Shown: positions 1 through 9,961 of the stretch, piece by piece
Layout: every line of letters starts with the position of its first letter
How positions within the stretch are numbered: the stretch's first letter is position 1
From: Candidatus Cloacimonadales bacterium
GTDB lineage: Bacteria > Cloacimonadota > Cloacimonadia > Cloacimonadales > JAFGVF01
NCBI GenBank assembly: GCA_963677495.2
Contig: CAXXOU010000004.1
Span: 160,001-224,000 of the forward strand
DNA length: 64,000 nt
Direction of reading: 5' to 3'
Position numbers and translations under genes: made by a program
The notes under the pieces: generated by a model
The model's input: the letters and a program-made list of their open reading frames with translations, nothing else
What the model was told of the DNA's origin: nothing
Database searches by the model: none

Positions 1-44
1 GGAACTGACTTCCCTGAGTATTCATAAACTATGATTTTATCAAA

Positions 45-71
45 TAAAAAAGCTCCCATAATCGGGAGCTT
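45..71 (-). terminator. Intrinsic terminator after argF
   Basis: AAGCTCCC-ataatc-GGGAGCTT hairpin preceded by an A-run (U-tract on minus strand), 25 nt past the argF stop. Confidence 0.75.
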
Positions 72-95
72 AAATTTTATCTACTTAGCAGTAAA

Positions 96-1097
96 TTAGT
101 CACCAAGTGTAGCAACCATTACAGCTTTGATAGTATGCATTCTGTTTTCAGCTTCGTCAAATACAACTGAGTTAGCACTTTCAAATACATCATCAGTAAC
201 TTCACGACAGTCAAGACCACTATTCTCTTTAAGTTCACTAGCAAGAGTTGTAGTAAAATCGTGGAACGCAGGTAAACAGTGCATGAAGAGAGTATGTGAT
301 TTGCCTGTAAGAGCCATCATCTCTGCATTAACCTGGTAAGGAGTTAAGAGATCAATTCTCTCTTTCCATACTTCTTTAGGTTCGCCCATTGAAACCCAAA
401 CGTCAGTGTAGATAACATCAGTGTCTTTAACACCTGCTGCTACATCTTCAGTAATAGTGATTTTAGCACCTGTTTCTTTAGCGATTTCTTTACACTTAGC
501 TACAAGAGTTTCTTCAGGGAAAAGTGACTTAGGAGTAACTATTCTGAAGTCCATTCCCAATTTAGCTGCACCAATCATAAGACCGTTAGCCATGTTGTTT
601 CTGCCGTCACCGGCATATGTGAAGATAACATCTTCAAGTGGCTTTTTAAGGTGTTCTTGAATTGTAAGGAAATCAGCAAGAATCTGAGTTGGGTGATCTT
701 CTGTTGTAAGACCATTCCAAACACAAACACCTGAATGCTCTGCAAGAGCTTCCACAACTTCCTGTCCATAACCACGGTATTCGATACCGTCATACATTCT
801 ACCGAGAACACGAGCAGTGTCCGCGATTGACTCTTTATAACCGATCTGGCTTCCTGAAGGTCCAAGATATGTTACATGAGCTCCCTGGTCGTAAGCTGCA
901 ACTTCAAAGGCACATCTTGTACGTGTAGAAGCTTTTTCAAAGATAAGGGCAATGTTCTTGCCTTTAAGACGTGGTTGTTCTGTTCCACTGTATTTTGCTT
1001 TCTTAAGATCTGCTGAAAGATCGAGTAAGAAATTAATCTCTTTTGGAGTAAAGTCCAGAAGAGTAAGAAAATGTCTGTTACGAAGGTTGAAACCCAT
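96..1097 (-). CDS. argF: Ornithine carbamoyltransferase (ArgF/ArcB-like, probably catabolic type)
   Basis: STRT carbamoyl-phosphate motif, HPTQ, DVWVSMG and HCLP motifs; N-terminus resembles catabolic OTCases. Confidence 0.95.
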   Translation of the reverse strand: MGFNLRNRHFLTLLDFTPKEINFLLDLSADLKKAKYSGTEQPRLKGKNIALIFEKASTRTRCAFEVAAYDQGAHVTYLGPSGSQIGYKESIADTARVLGRMYDGIEYRGYGQEVVEALAEHSGVCVWNGLTTEDHPTQILADFLTIQEHLKKPLEDVIFTYAGDGRNNMANGLMIGAAKLGMDFRIVTPKSLFPEETLVAKCKEIAKETGAKITITEDVAAGVKDTDVIYTDVWVSMGEPKEVWKERIDLLTPYQVNAEMMALTGKSHTLFMHCLPAFHDFTTTLASELKENSGLDCREVTDDVFESANSVVFDEAENRMHTIKAVMVATLGD

Positions 1098-1240
1098 TTT
1101 ATATCTCCTTTGATTTTATTATTACCCAACTTTACAACTTAGGAAAGAGGGGCAAGAAAAATAATAATATTTAAGTTAATTTGTTGTTAGTTACTGAATT
1201 AATATGGGCTTAGATTCTGTCTGAGATACTATGAAATCCA

Positions 1241-3202
1241 TTAATTAATAAAGTTCCATTGCATAGTTGCCATATATGTTCTTGGAAGCAGGTTTCTTCT
1301 TAAAACCTCTTCTTCGTTGAGAACATTCTTCACATAGCCTCTGAGCTCAAAAATCTTAGTTATCTCAAAGCCGATATACCAATCTAGGACGAAGTACTGA
1401 GGATTATCACCTCTTTCACTTTGATATTCAGAGACGAAGAAACTGCTAAGTCCGGTTTTAAGTGCATTGTCATGCTCTAATTGCTTTCTGCAATCGAGAG
1501 TTGTTTTTGTCTGCAACTCAGGATAATAGTAGAGATTATCTATCTTCTTCTGGTAGATAGTGCTATTAGCTAGAACACAATCAAACTTGAGAAGTGACCA
1601 ACCTAAAGTAGCATTAAGCTTTGCATAAAGATCTTCTTCATTATACTCTTCTATAAATGCATCCTGACCAATCATATCCTGTTGGAAGTTGTAGGTTTCC
1701 TGCAAACCGGTGATTAATTCCAGTTTTAGGTTTGAGAACATTAGTTTAAGTCCGGCACCCCACTGTTGCTTTGTATAAGCTTCAGTGTAATCATCAAACG
1801 AGTCTTTATAGATTTCGTTCTCTTCACCTGAACCGGATTCTGACCTATCTCTATCTCTTTTGCTGTATTGTCCTCTAAGCTCAAGCCATTTAAAGATTGG
1901 AACATATAACTCATTCTGGTAACTGTACTGATCGGGATCAAGCTTGTATTGCAGGATTCTTTCAAATCTAAGAAACTTTCTTTTAACTGCAGATTTGAAT
2001 GTAATAATATGTTTTGAATCGGGATTATCTTGGTAAAGTTCTACTATGTCATAATTAGCATCACGCTGAACATACTCATAGTTAAGCTTCATATCTATTC
2101 TATCATTTTTGTACTTTCCACCTATAAGTACTTGGTCTGTTTTTGTCTTAAACTTAGCACCTTCATCTTCAAGCACCTCAAACTCTTCATCAACTATCTT
2201 CTGAGCTAGAACAAAGTATTTACTTTCGAATGATGTAGTATTTGTATATCCCTTCTGCCTGGTGACATCATAAGTACCTAATCCATAAACAGGCATAATA
2301 TTTAAGGAAGGAATCTCCTGATTTAACCTCTTGTATTTTACTGATACATCACCCCATTTAGTTCTATAGTTTGCTGTTACTCTATTGTTCCCACTGGTCT
2401 CGATAGCATTTCCCCAATAACCATATTCAAAATGCAGGTCAGCTCTTATAAGCAAGTTTTTAATACCAAGTGTGTTGTTCTTCATGAAACCAATCTCAGC
2501 GATATTATGGTCATTCTCTCCTAAACCGGAATAGATAGTTGTAAGGGCTGGTTGATATGGATAATATTCCATCTCTTGTATATAAAAATCTCCATGTCTG
2601 GATAGACGAGATCCACTAAACCCGGTCTTTAATCTATGAATTGGTGTGGCTACACTAGAAAGTGATGAGAAATTATCCTCAATTAAAGCAACCTCAGCTG
2701 TATGAGGTCCTGCAAAGTGTAGATTAGATGTGTAAACACCGGGATTAAGAAGACTTAATCCTGTATAGTAATCCTTAATCTTTTTGTTTGCGTAATCTAC
2801 GATTCCAGCTTTTGCTTCATTCAAACTGAAGCCTACCTTTCCTTTCTCTTTCTTAAGCTCTTCTTTTGAAAGAAGTTGCACATCAAAATACTCGTTCGAT
2901 TGAACCTGAACACTGTCCTGCATAGCCGGAACAAATTTCCAGGTCATCATCTCCTCTTTCCAATCTTCACGCTCAGCATAGTCTTTGTTCATAATGTTCA
3001 CATATGTGACAGTACTATCAGCTTCAATTGTGAAGATAACCTTTACCACAGAAGGTTCAGGGAAAACAAAAGCGTCTTCATCTACCACAATGTAGAGGTT
3101 CTTTGCCGGTCTTGCCGGAATGAATGAAGGTGTCTCTTGGGCAAAGACAAGAATGTATGATATTGTAATAAATAATGCAATCAGTGTTTTCTTTAAAGCC
3201 AT
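1241..3202 (-). CDS. Putative outer-membrane beta-barrel protein with N-terminal TonB-C-like domain
   Basis: Signal peptide; VKVIFTI...WKFVPAMQD segment resembles TonB C-terminal domain; amphipathic beta-strands and C-terminal MQWNF. Confidence 0.55.
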   Translation of the reverse strand: MALKKTLIALFITISYILVFAQETPSFIPARPAKNLYIVVDEDAFVFPEPSVVKVIFTIEADSTVTYVNIMNKDYAEREDWKEEMMTWKFVPAMQDSVQVQSNEYFDVQLLSKEELKKEKGKVGFSLNEAKAGIVDYANKKIKDYYTGLSLLNPGVYTSNLHFAGPHTAEVALIEDNFSSLSSVATPIHRLKTGFSGSRLSRHGDFYIQEMEYYPYQPALTTIYSGLGENDHNIAEIGFMKNNTLGIKNLLIRADLHFEYGYWGNAIETSGNNRVTANYRTKWGDVSVKYKRLNQEIPSLNIMPVYGLGTYDVTRQKGYTNTTSFESKYFVLAQKIVDEEFEVLEDEGAKFKTKTDQVLIGGKYKNDRIDMKLNYEYVQRDANYDIVELYQDNPDSKHIITFKSAVKRKFLRFERILQYKLDPDQYSYQNELYVPIFKWLELRGQYSKRDRDRSESGSGEENEIYKDSFDDYTEAYTKQQWGAGLKLMFSNLKLELITGLQETYNFQQDMIGQDAFIEEYNEEDLYAKLNATLGWSLLKFDCVLANSTIYQKKIDNLYYYPELQTKTTLDCRKQLEHDNALKTGLSSFFVSEYQSERGDNPQYFVLDWYIGFEITKIFELRGYVKNVLNEEEVLRRNLLPRTYMATMQWNFIN

Positions 3203-4164
3203 CTATTTTCCTTATACCATTTTAAGGTGATTTCAATATTCTTTTTCAGGTTAGGATTAGGTTTGTAATCAAGCAAATCTCTTGCTTTTTCGATACTGCA
3301 TAACCAGTTATCACCTCTAAATTCCTTTACCTTTTGCATGTTTATCAGGACAGGTTTATTGGTAAAGAAAGAAATCATTTCTGAGATCATCGCAATAGGA
3401 TATAGTAGCAGCTCAGGCACATGAATCTTGAACATATACCCTTTCAAAACTTCTGAAAGAGTATCAACAAAATCCTCTTGGAAATAGGCTTTCCCATCAT
3501 TAGCAAAGAAGATTTCATTATAGGCTTTGGGATTGTCAATTGTAAGTAGAATAAACTTACATAGCTCTTCAACAGAAACAAAGTTTGCCAATTTCTTTTT
3601 CCCGATAACCAAGCCAAGATGAGATTTAACCATCTTGAAGTATTCTAGAAAGTCTTTATCCCCGGGACCATATACCGAAACAGGTCGGATAATCGTCCAT
3701 GGTTTTTTGCAATGAGCTTGTATGAACTCTTCAGCTTGGAGCTTTGTTTTACCATAGTAGGTGAGAGGAGAACAAGAATCACTCTCTTTTTTTAAGGAAC
3801 CTTTGGGAGCCATACCGGCAGCAGCTTGGGTGCTCAACTGTATAAATTGAACCTTCTTTTCACTCTTATTCGCTAATTCAACAAGAGTCTTTGTCAAACC
3901 TACATTCACTTTAGCATATTCAGCTTCCGTACGGGCTTTTGTCAGGGCGGCACAATGGATAAGAATATCTGCATTAGAAATGATAGATTCTAACTGCTCT
4001 AGATCCTGATAATCAATATTCTCAATCACAGACTTATCAGTAATCAAGTTAGCATTAGAACCGGTACGTACAAGTGCTTTCATACCAAAGCCCTTTTCTT
4101 CTAACATGTTTACCAGAAAACTGCCAACAAAACCATTTGCTCCGGTAACTACAATATGCTTCAT
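3193..4164 (-). CDS. NAD-dependent epimerase/dehydratase (extended SDR)
   Basis: TGANGFVG Rossmann motif, YGKTK catalytic YxxxK, RPVSVYGP. Confidence 0.9.
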   Translation of the reverse strand: MKHIVVTGANGFVGSFLVNMLEEKGFGMKALVRTGSNANLITDKSVIENIDYQDLEQLESIISNADILIHCAALTKARTEAEYAKVNVGLTKTLVELANKSEKKVQFIQLSTQAAAGMAPKGSLKKESDSCSPLTYYGKTKLQAEEFIQAHCKKPWTIIRPVSVYGPGDKDFLEYFKMVKSHLGLVIGKKKLANFVSVEELCKFILLTIDNPKAYNEIFFANDGKAYFQEDFVDTLSEVLKGYMFKIHVPELLLYPIAMISEMISFFTNKPVLINMQKVKEFRGDNWLCSIEKARDLLDYKPNPNLKKNIEITLKWYKENRWL

Positions 4165-4250
4165 AAAGTGTCCTTATTCATAATTTAATCTAAACAAATA
4201 TCTCTGTGTCTTATTGTCAATTTTTAAGATACAATTGTAATGACTTACAA

Positions 4251-4350
4251 TTATGGAGTGCACCATCTGTGTTGGTGCGTCTTGTCACGATTTCGATTAT
4301 TGCCACTTTTCGCTATTCGCCCATCTCCCTTTGGTCGCTATTGCGACAGC
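4251..4350. repeat. Dispersed intergenic repeat module M2 (TTATGGAGTGCACC..GGTGCGTCTTGTCAC plus following hairpin)
   Basis: Near-identical copies start at 24789 and 52372; homology to 24789-24890 extends ~100 bp. Confidence 0.8.
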
Positions 4351-4523
4351 TTTAGAAAAACATACTGCATTTCAGGGAGTTTGTCGGCCTGACAAGGCAA
4401 CGGACTTCCTAAAATGCACCCCGTGAAGTAGCAATCCTGTTGTCTTATCTCGCGTGTCCATAGGAGCCTGTGATTACGACGCCAAGCGAACTATAGAATA
4501 ATCTTTATTCAGTGGTAAGATAT

Positions 4524-4564
4524 CGCATTTCCCCGAACTCCCGTTGGTCGTAATGGTGACTGCT
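4524..4564. repeat. Dispersed intergenic repeat module M1 (41 bp)
   Basis: Exact 41-bp copy at 19057-19097; inverted degenerate copy at 24724-24765. Confidence 0.9.
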
Positions 4565-4649
4565 ACAGAATTTCATACACAGTGCCTTTTCCAATAACTT
4601 AGCTACATTTTCTGCCCTTTTTACTCTCTTTTATTGCACTTTTCACCAA

Positions 4650-4743
4650 CGCACTGTGTACGCACTGTGACCCCACTGTGAAGGCACTGTTAACCCACTG
4701 TTTCACTGGGTGCACAGTGCGTGCACAGTGGGAAAACAGTGGG
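4650..4743. repeat. 11-bp-periodic array (CACTGT x5) followed by inverted array (ACAGTG x3)
   Basis: gcactgtgtac gcactgtgacc ccactgtgaag gcactgttaac ccactgtttca then gcacagtgc gtgcacagtgg gaaaacagtgg. Confidence 0.85.
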
Positions 4744-5043
4744 ATGACTCCGATTTGTTAAAGAGTTTAATGAAAGTTTGCGATATCGAAAAAGAAACGA
4801 GATAGATGTATCTAGCAAGTTGACTTATAAAGAAGTGAATTGCTATTGCTACGATGCAAGTTCAGGTTACTCAATGGCTCTAAATCTTTAACAAAGAGTT
4901 CTTACGACATAAAATTCATTCCTTCGTGTTATAACCATTCAGAAGGTCTATCGACCATTACGAAGGTTTCCTGCTAATAAATATTATTGACATACGATTC
5001 AGAATAATAATTCTACTCAATAGAGATAATTTTGGAGAATAAA

Positions 5044-5787
5044 ATGGCAAAAAATAAACATTGGGATAATTTTAAATCCCTATTATTCATGATATGGGTA
5101 CTATGGATACCTATGATTTTTACACTACCATTTCTTGCGATAGGCCTGCTTTTAAAAGGGTTACAGCTCAATAAGATTGGTAATAGGTTCATCTATCATT
5201 GCGTGAGTTTGTGGTCGAATTATATATATCGAACTGCTGGTGGGAAGTTGGAAGTAGAAGGCTCAGAAAATGTTCCTATGAATGAAAGTATCTGCTTTAT
5301 TGCTAATCATCAGGGATTGTTCGATATTCTCATACTTTTAGCAGCTCTACCTATTAGAGTTGGATTTGTTGCTAAGAAAAGCCTAATGAAGTTGCCATTT
5401 TTCGCGCAATGGATGATTGCAATCGGTTGTGTATTCATTGACAGAAAGAATCTTAAGAATGCCAGGAAATCAATCAATAAAGGTATCGAAAGTATAAAAC
5501 GTGGTAATTCACTTATCATTTTCCCAGAGGGTACAAGGAGTAGAGGCCCTGAACTAGGAGAATTCAGGAAAGGAAGTTTGAAGTTAGCCTTGAAGTCAGA
5601 TGCAACTATTATACCTGTGAGTATAAATGGAACTTACAAATTGTATGAAGAGACAAATTGTATTCATGGGGGAGAGATGAAGATTGTTATCCATGAGCCT
5701 ATCAGACCTGCTGATATAACACCTGAACGTTCTCCCGGTTTGATGGATGAGATTAGAGCAACTGTTGCTTCCGGTCTGAGCAAGTAA
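5044..5787 (+). CDS. plsC: 1-acyl-sn-glycerol-3-phosphate acyltransferase
   Basis: NHQGLFD (NHxxxxD) and FPEGTRS motifs; start moved to ATG after GGAG. Confidence 0.9.
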   Translation: MAKNKHWDNFKSLLFMIWVLWIPMIFTLPFLAIGLLLKGLQLNKIGNRFIYHCVSLWSNYIYRTAGGKLEVEGSENVPMNESICFIANHQGLFDILILLAALPIRVGFVAKKSLMKLPFFAQWMIAIGCVFIDRKNLKNARKSINKGIESIKRGNSLIIFPEGTRSRGPELGEFRKGSLKLALKSDATIIPVSINGTYKLYEETNCIHGGEMKIVIHEPIRPADITPERSPGLMDEIRATVASGLSK

Positions 5788-5934
5788 ACATCTAATTCTG
5801 TCATAACTAGTATTTATTTAAGCTAATTCATAAATTCTACATACTACATGTGGATGAGACTTGTAGTCGAGATAATTTCTTGACTAAAAGTGTAACGCAA
5901 ATTCTGTTCAAGTATTACCTTAATGGAGGCTTTA

Positions 5935-6693
5935 ATGCAAGCAAACGGATTTATTTCTCCAAAAGCAAAGATTGGGGAAAACGTAAAGATAGGATATAAC
6001 GTTGTTATAGAGGACAATGTGGTTGTAGGAGATAATTGTTTAATAGAACATAATGTAGTTATATATAGTGATAGTGTAATTGGTGAAGGTGTAAGGATTG
6101 ATGCAAATACAGTTATTGGAAAGCGACCTTTAAGCTCACCAAGAAGTATTTTTAAAGTTGCTGATAACATGGAACCGACCAGAATTGGAAAGCTTTGCCA
6201 GATAGGTGCAAATGTTGTTGTATACTGTCAGGCGACAGTTGGAGATAATAATCTTATCGCTGACTTGGCGACTATACGGGAAAATGTTAAGATTGGGAAT
6301 CTGAATATAGTTGGTAGAAATGTGACAATTGAGAACTTTGTTGAGATAGGTGACAGAAACAAGTTTGAAACTAATGCTTATATAACAGCATATTCAAAAG
6401 TGGAAGATTACTGTTTTGTTGCACCTTGCGTAGCAACTAGTAATGATAATTATATGGCTCGAGATAAAGAACGTTATGACCATTTTAAAGGTGTAACAAT
6501 AGAACGTGGTGGAAGAATCGGTGTTAATGCAACAATCTTGCCCGGAAAGGTAATTGGTAGTGATAGTCAGATTGCTGCTGGAGCACTTGTAACAAAAGAT
6601 ACTACACCGGGTAAACTATACTTAGGTTATCCTGCCAGAGATAAGCGGGATGTTTCAGAGGGACAACGTCTGGAGAATAATCTGGATAAGTAG
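5935..6693 (+). CDS. Hexapeptide-repeat (left-handed beta-helix) sugar N-acyltransferase
   Basis: Repeated IG-x-N/D hexapeptides, SND motif, GYPAR C-terminal motif; GGAGG RBS before ATG 5935. Confidence 0.8.
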   Translation: MQANGFISPKAKIGENVKIGYNVVIEDNVVVGDNCLIEHNVVIYSDSVIGEGVRIDANTVIGKRPLSSPRSIFKVADNMEPTRIGKLCQIGANVVVYCQATVGDNNLIADLATIRENVKIGNLNIVGRNVTIENFVEIGDRNKFETNAYITAYSKVEDYCFVAPCVATSNDNYMARDKERYDHFKGVTIERGGRIGVNATILPGKVIGSDSQIAAGALVTKDTTPGKLYLGYPARDKRDVSEGQRLENNLDK

Positions 6694-6712
6694 TGTCCCC
6701 GAAGGGAGAGAT

Positions 6713-7420
6713 ATGAGTGCCTTAGTAATAATACCAACATACAACGAGATAGAGAATGCACCTAGGATTATAGACTATGTACTTAATCTTAGTGATGAAT
6801 TGCATATTCTGATAGTGGATGATAATTCACCGGACGGTACAGGCAAGCATGTAGAAGAGATGTTACCTGACAACCCGAGGTTGCACTTAATGCAACGTAA
6901 AGGGAAACAGGGATTAGGTACAGCTTACATAGCAGGATTCAAGTATGCTCTAGAGCATGACTATGAGTTTATCATTGAGATGGATGCAGACTTCTCACAT
7001 AATCCTGATGATATACTTAGAATGCTTGAAGAAATTGAACATAAAGACCTGATTATCGGCTCTCGTTACTGTCAGGGCATTAATGTTATTAATTGGCCTT
7101 TTAAAAGGCTTTTATTAAGCTATTTTGCTTCTTGGTACGTAAGAACTATTACCGGTATGCCTTTTAAAGATCCAACAGCAGGATTCAAGTGTTATAGACG
7201 AGAGGTATTGGAGAGTATAGATTTTGACTCGATTATCTCTGATGGTTATTCTTTCCAGATTGAGATGAAATATAGAGCTTGGCAAAAGAAGTTCCGAATA
7301 AAAGAGATGCCTATAGTCTTTACCGAAAGACGGGACGGCCAGTCTAAGATGTCTTCAGAAATTGTTTATGAAGCAATCTGGAATGTATGGAAAATAAGAT
7401 TTATGCCGCAAAAGGATTAA
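6713..7420 (+). CDS. Polyprenol monophosphomannose synthase (DPM1-like GT2)
   Basis: IIPTYNE, VDDNSPDGT, GLGTAY, MDADFSH, GYSFQIE motifs. Confidence 0.9.
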   Translation: MSALVIIPTYNEIENAPRIIDYVLNLSDELHILIVDDNSPDGTGKHVEEMLPDNPRLHLMQRKGKQGLGTAYIAGFKYALEHDYEFIIEMDADFSHNPDDILRMLEEIEHKDLIIGSRYCQGINVINWPFKRLLLSYFASWYVRTITGMPFKDPTAGFKCYRREVLESIDFDSIISDGYSFQIEMKYRAWQKKFRIKEMPIVFTERRDGQSKMSSEIVYEAIWNVWKIRFMPQKD

Positions 7421-8746
7421 ATGAAATCAATTAGTAAACTAAAGATAGTGAAACCGGTTTTTGGTGGATATGGTCTTGGATTTTGGGAGGGGCAAAGTGT
7501 TTTTGTCCCTTCTGCACTTCCTGGAGATGTTATCGATGTACGAGTTAAATACACAAAGAAGAAATCAATATTTGCTGAGATTGAAAAGTATCATGAACAT
7601 TCAAAAGACTATGTCCAACCGGAATGTTCATCTTTCCCTAACTGTGGGGGTTGCAATTGGGCCAATTTAGCCTATAACACTCAGATAGATTATAAGACCA
7701 CAATAATTAGAGAACTTTTTAGGGATATAGATTTCACAGTTGAGAGTGTAACACCCTCACCGGTTGAAAAATGCTATCGTAATAAAAGCTTTATGCCGGT
7801 GGGTGGGACTACTTCTGCGCCTTTGATTGGGATGTTTGAAGGACAGACGCATAATGTTATTGAGCATGAAGAATGCTTGCTACACCCTAATATTTACAAT
7901 GAAGTAGTAGATGTTGTGAAAAGGTATATTGTATCTGCAAAAGTAAAGATTTACGATGAAGAAAAACAGATGGGGCAGATACGCCATGTTGGTGTCAGAT
8001 ACTCAAAACAAACTGATGAGATGTTAGTTGTTCTAGTTACTAAGTCTGGCAAACTACCTTTTACTAAGCAATTAGTTAGTTTACTCACAGAGAAGTTTCC
8101 TCAGATTAAGGGTATTATACAGAACATCAATAGTAGTATCGGTAACAAGATTTTAGGAAATAAGGACAAGATACTTTTTGGTGTCCCTTTCTTGAAGGAA
8201 AGATTATTGAACAAGCTGTTCCGAGTTAACTATAAATCATTCTTCCAGGTGAACACAAAACAGGCAGAGCAGATGTTGCAGTTTGTAGCAGAATACCTTA
8301 CAAAAAACTCTATAATTATTGATGCTTACTGTGGAACAGGTAGTATAGGAATTGCATTGAGTGATTATTGCTCTAGAGTTATCGGTATTGAAACAGTAGC
8401 TGAGGCAGTTGAAGATGCTCGTAACAATGCGAAGTTAAACAATCTTACTAATTGCGATTATTATTGTGGTGAAGTGGAAGCTATTTTACCTGAGCTTTTG
8501 AAGAAAGTAACACCTGATACAATTATATTTGATCCTCCGAGAAAAGGTATGACTTCATCAATAATTGAAGCTACAAGTAATCTAGGGATTAGAAGAGTGA
8601 TATATGTTAGTTGTAATCCATCAACCCAACACCGTGATTTAAAGCAGTTCATTACTAATGGCTATAGAATTTTAGCAATTCAACCATTCGACATGTTCCC
8701 GTATACTTGGCATATCGAAAACATAGTAATTTTGGAGAAACAATGA
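7421..8746 (+). CDS. rlmD: 23S rRNA m5U1939 methyltransferase
   Basis: TRAM N-terminus, CxxxxxCGGC Fe-S motif, SFFQVN, DAYCGTG, DPPRKG, YVSCNP, DMFP. Confidence 0.92.
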   Translation: MKSISKLKIVKPVFGGYGLGFWEGQSVFVPSALPGDVIDVRVKYTKKKSIFAEIEKYHEHSKDYVQPECSSFPNCGGCNWANLAYNTQIDYKTTIIRELFRDIDFTVESVTPSPVEKCYRNKSFMPVGGTTSAPLIGMFEGQTHNVIEHEECLLHPNIYNEVVDVVKRYIVSAKVKIYDEEKQMGQIRHVGVRYSKQTDEMLVVLVTKSGKLPFTKQLVSLLTEKFPQIKGIIQNINSSIGNKILGNKDKILFGVPFLKERLLNKLFRVNYKSFFQVNTKQAEQMLQFVAEYLTKNSIIIDAYCGTGSIGIALSDYCSRVIGIETVAEAVEDARNNAKLNNLTNCDYYCGEVEAILPELLKKVTPDTIIFDPPRKGMTSSIIEATSNLGIRRVIYVSCNPSTQHRDLKQFITNGYRILAIQPFDMFPYTWHIENIVILEKQ

Positions 8747-9168
8747 AGTATTCTATCCTCTTGTTATTAGCCCTTCTTATTTCAGCATGTGGATTAACAG
8801 ACCCGGATGATGCTGACAACTATAACATAAAAGAGTTCTATGATGAGATAGAACATGACTTCTTACTGTATGATTTAGATGACATCTATGACAAATACTC
8901 TGATGATTTTATACATAATGGAAGAACTATTTGGACAGAAGAAAACTGGTGGCGTGATAAACGAGAAACCTATTCACAACTTAAATTTGAACAGCTGGAT
9001 ATAACAACAGTTGGAGATAATTTTGCTGAAGTAAGTTTTATAATTGAGTTCTCCGGTGATAGTGATTTAATTTATCAAGAGCCTTTGACCTTTGGTAATC
9101 TGTCCTACCTTCATAAGGAAGGAGGACAGTGGCGTATTTATGGAAATGGTAACAATAAATCTAAATAA
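8743..9168 (+). CDS. Lipoprotein, NTF2-like fold
   Basis: Lipobox ISAC; YSDDF..G and W-R-I C-terminal pattern typical of NTF2-like domains. Confidence 0.6.
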   Translation: MKYSILLLLALLISACGLTDPDDADNYNIKEFYDEIEHDFLLYDLDDIYDKYSDDFIHNGRTIWTEENWWRDKRETYSQLKFEQLDITTVGDNFAEVSFIIEFSGDSDLIYQEPLTFGNLSYLHKEGGQWRIYGNGNNKSK

Positions 9169-9961
9169 ATAGAAGCAAGCTTAAAGCCATCAGCATCATG
9201 CCGGTAACCATACCCCAGATGCTAAGATGATGCTCGCCATATTCCTCTGCAGTAGGTAATAACTGATCAAGTGAGATATAAACCATAATACCTGCTACTG
9301 ACGCAAAGATAACTCCAAATGTTGTGTCATTGAAAATAGTCCTAAGCAGGAAATATCCTAGAATTGCTCCAACAGGTTCTGATAATCCGGATAAGAATGA
9401 GTAGAGAAAAGCTTTCTTCTTAGAACCGGTTGCATAGAAGATAGGAACAGAAACAGCAATACCTTCAGGTATATTATGAATAGCAATCGCTATTGCAATG
9501 CTAATACCTAGTGTTGGATCTTTCATTGCTGAAGCAAATGTAGCAAGTCCTTCCGGAAAGTTATGAATAGTGATAGCTAATGCAGAGAGTACTCCCATTC
9601 TCATTAAACCTTTTTTGTCAGGATTATTTGAGAGGTTATCATCTAACTTCCTAACTTCATGTGGATTTTCATATGATGGTACGAGTTTATCTATCAACGC
9701 AATGAAAAACATTCCTGCAAAGAATCCAATTACTGTATACCAGGTTCCAGCTCTTACCCCATACACCGGTATTAGTGCATCTTTTGCCTTAACGAGAATT
9801 TCAACAAATGAGACATATATCATCACACCTGCAGAGAATCCTAATGATATTGATAAGAATTTCGCATCTGTCTTTTTAGACAAAAAAGCAAATAAACTAC
9901 CAATTCCGGTACTTAATCCTGCAAATAGAGTCAGTCCTAATGCAAATGCTACGTTATTCAT
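9161..9961 (-). CDS. zupT: ZIP-family zinc transporter
   Basis: HNFPEG / HNIPEG signature helices, multiple TM segments. Confidence 0.93.
   Translation of the reverse strand: MNNVAFALGLTLFAGLSTGIGSLFAFLSKKTDAKFLSISLGFSAGVMIYVSFVEILVKAKDALIPVYGVRAGTWYTVIGFFAGMFFIALIDKLVPSYENPHEVRKLDDNLSNNPDKKGLMRMGVLSALAITIHNFPEGLATFASAMKDPTLGISIAIAIAIHNIPEGIAVSVPIFYATGSKKKAFLYSFLSGLSEPVGAILGYFLLRTIFNDTTFGVIFASVAGIMVYISLDQLLPTAEEYGEHHLSIWGMVTGMMLMALSLLLFI

Noticed and set aside
1..25. Start of a minus-strand gene (MNTQGSQF...)
   Set aside because: Only 8 codons visible at the window edge, and no clear RBS
4650..4743. CRISPR array
   Set aside because: Units are only 11 bp with no spacer-length unique sequence, and there are no cas genes in the window
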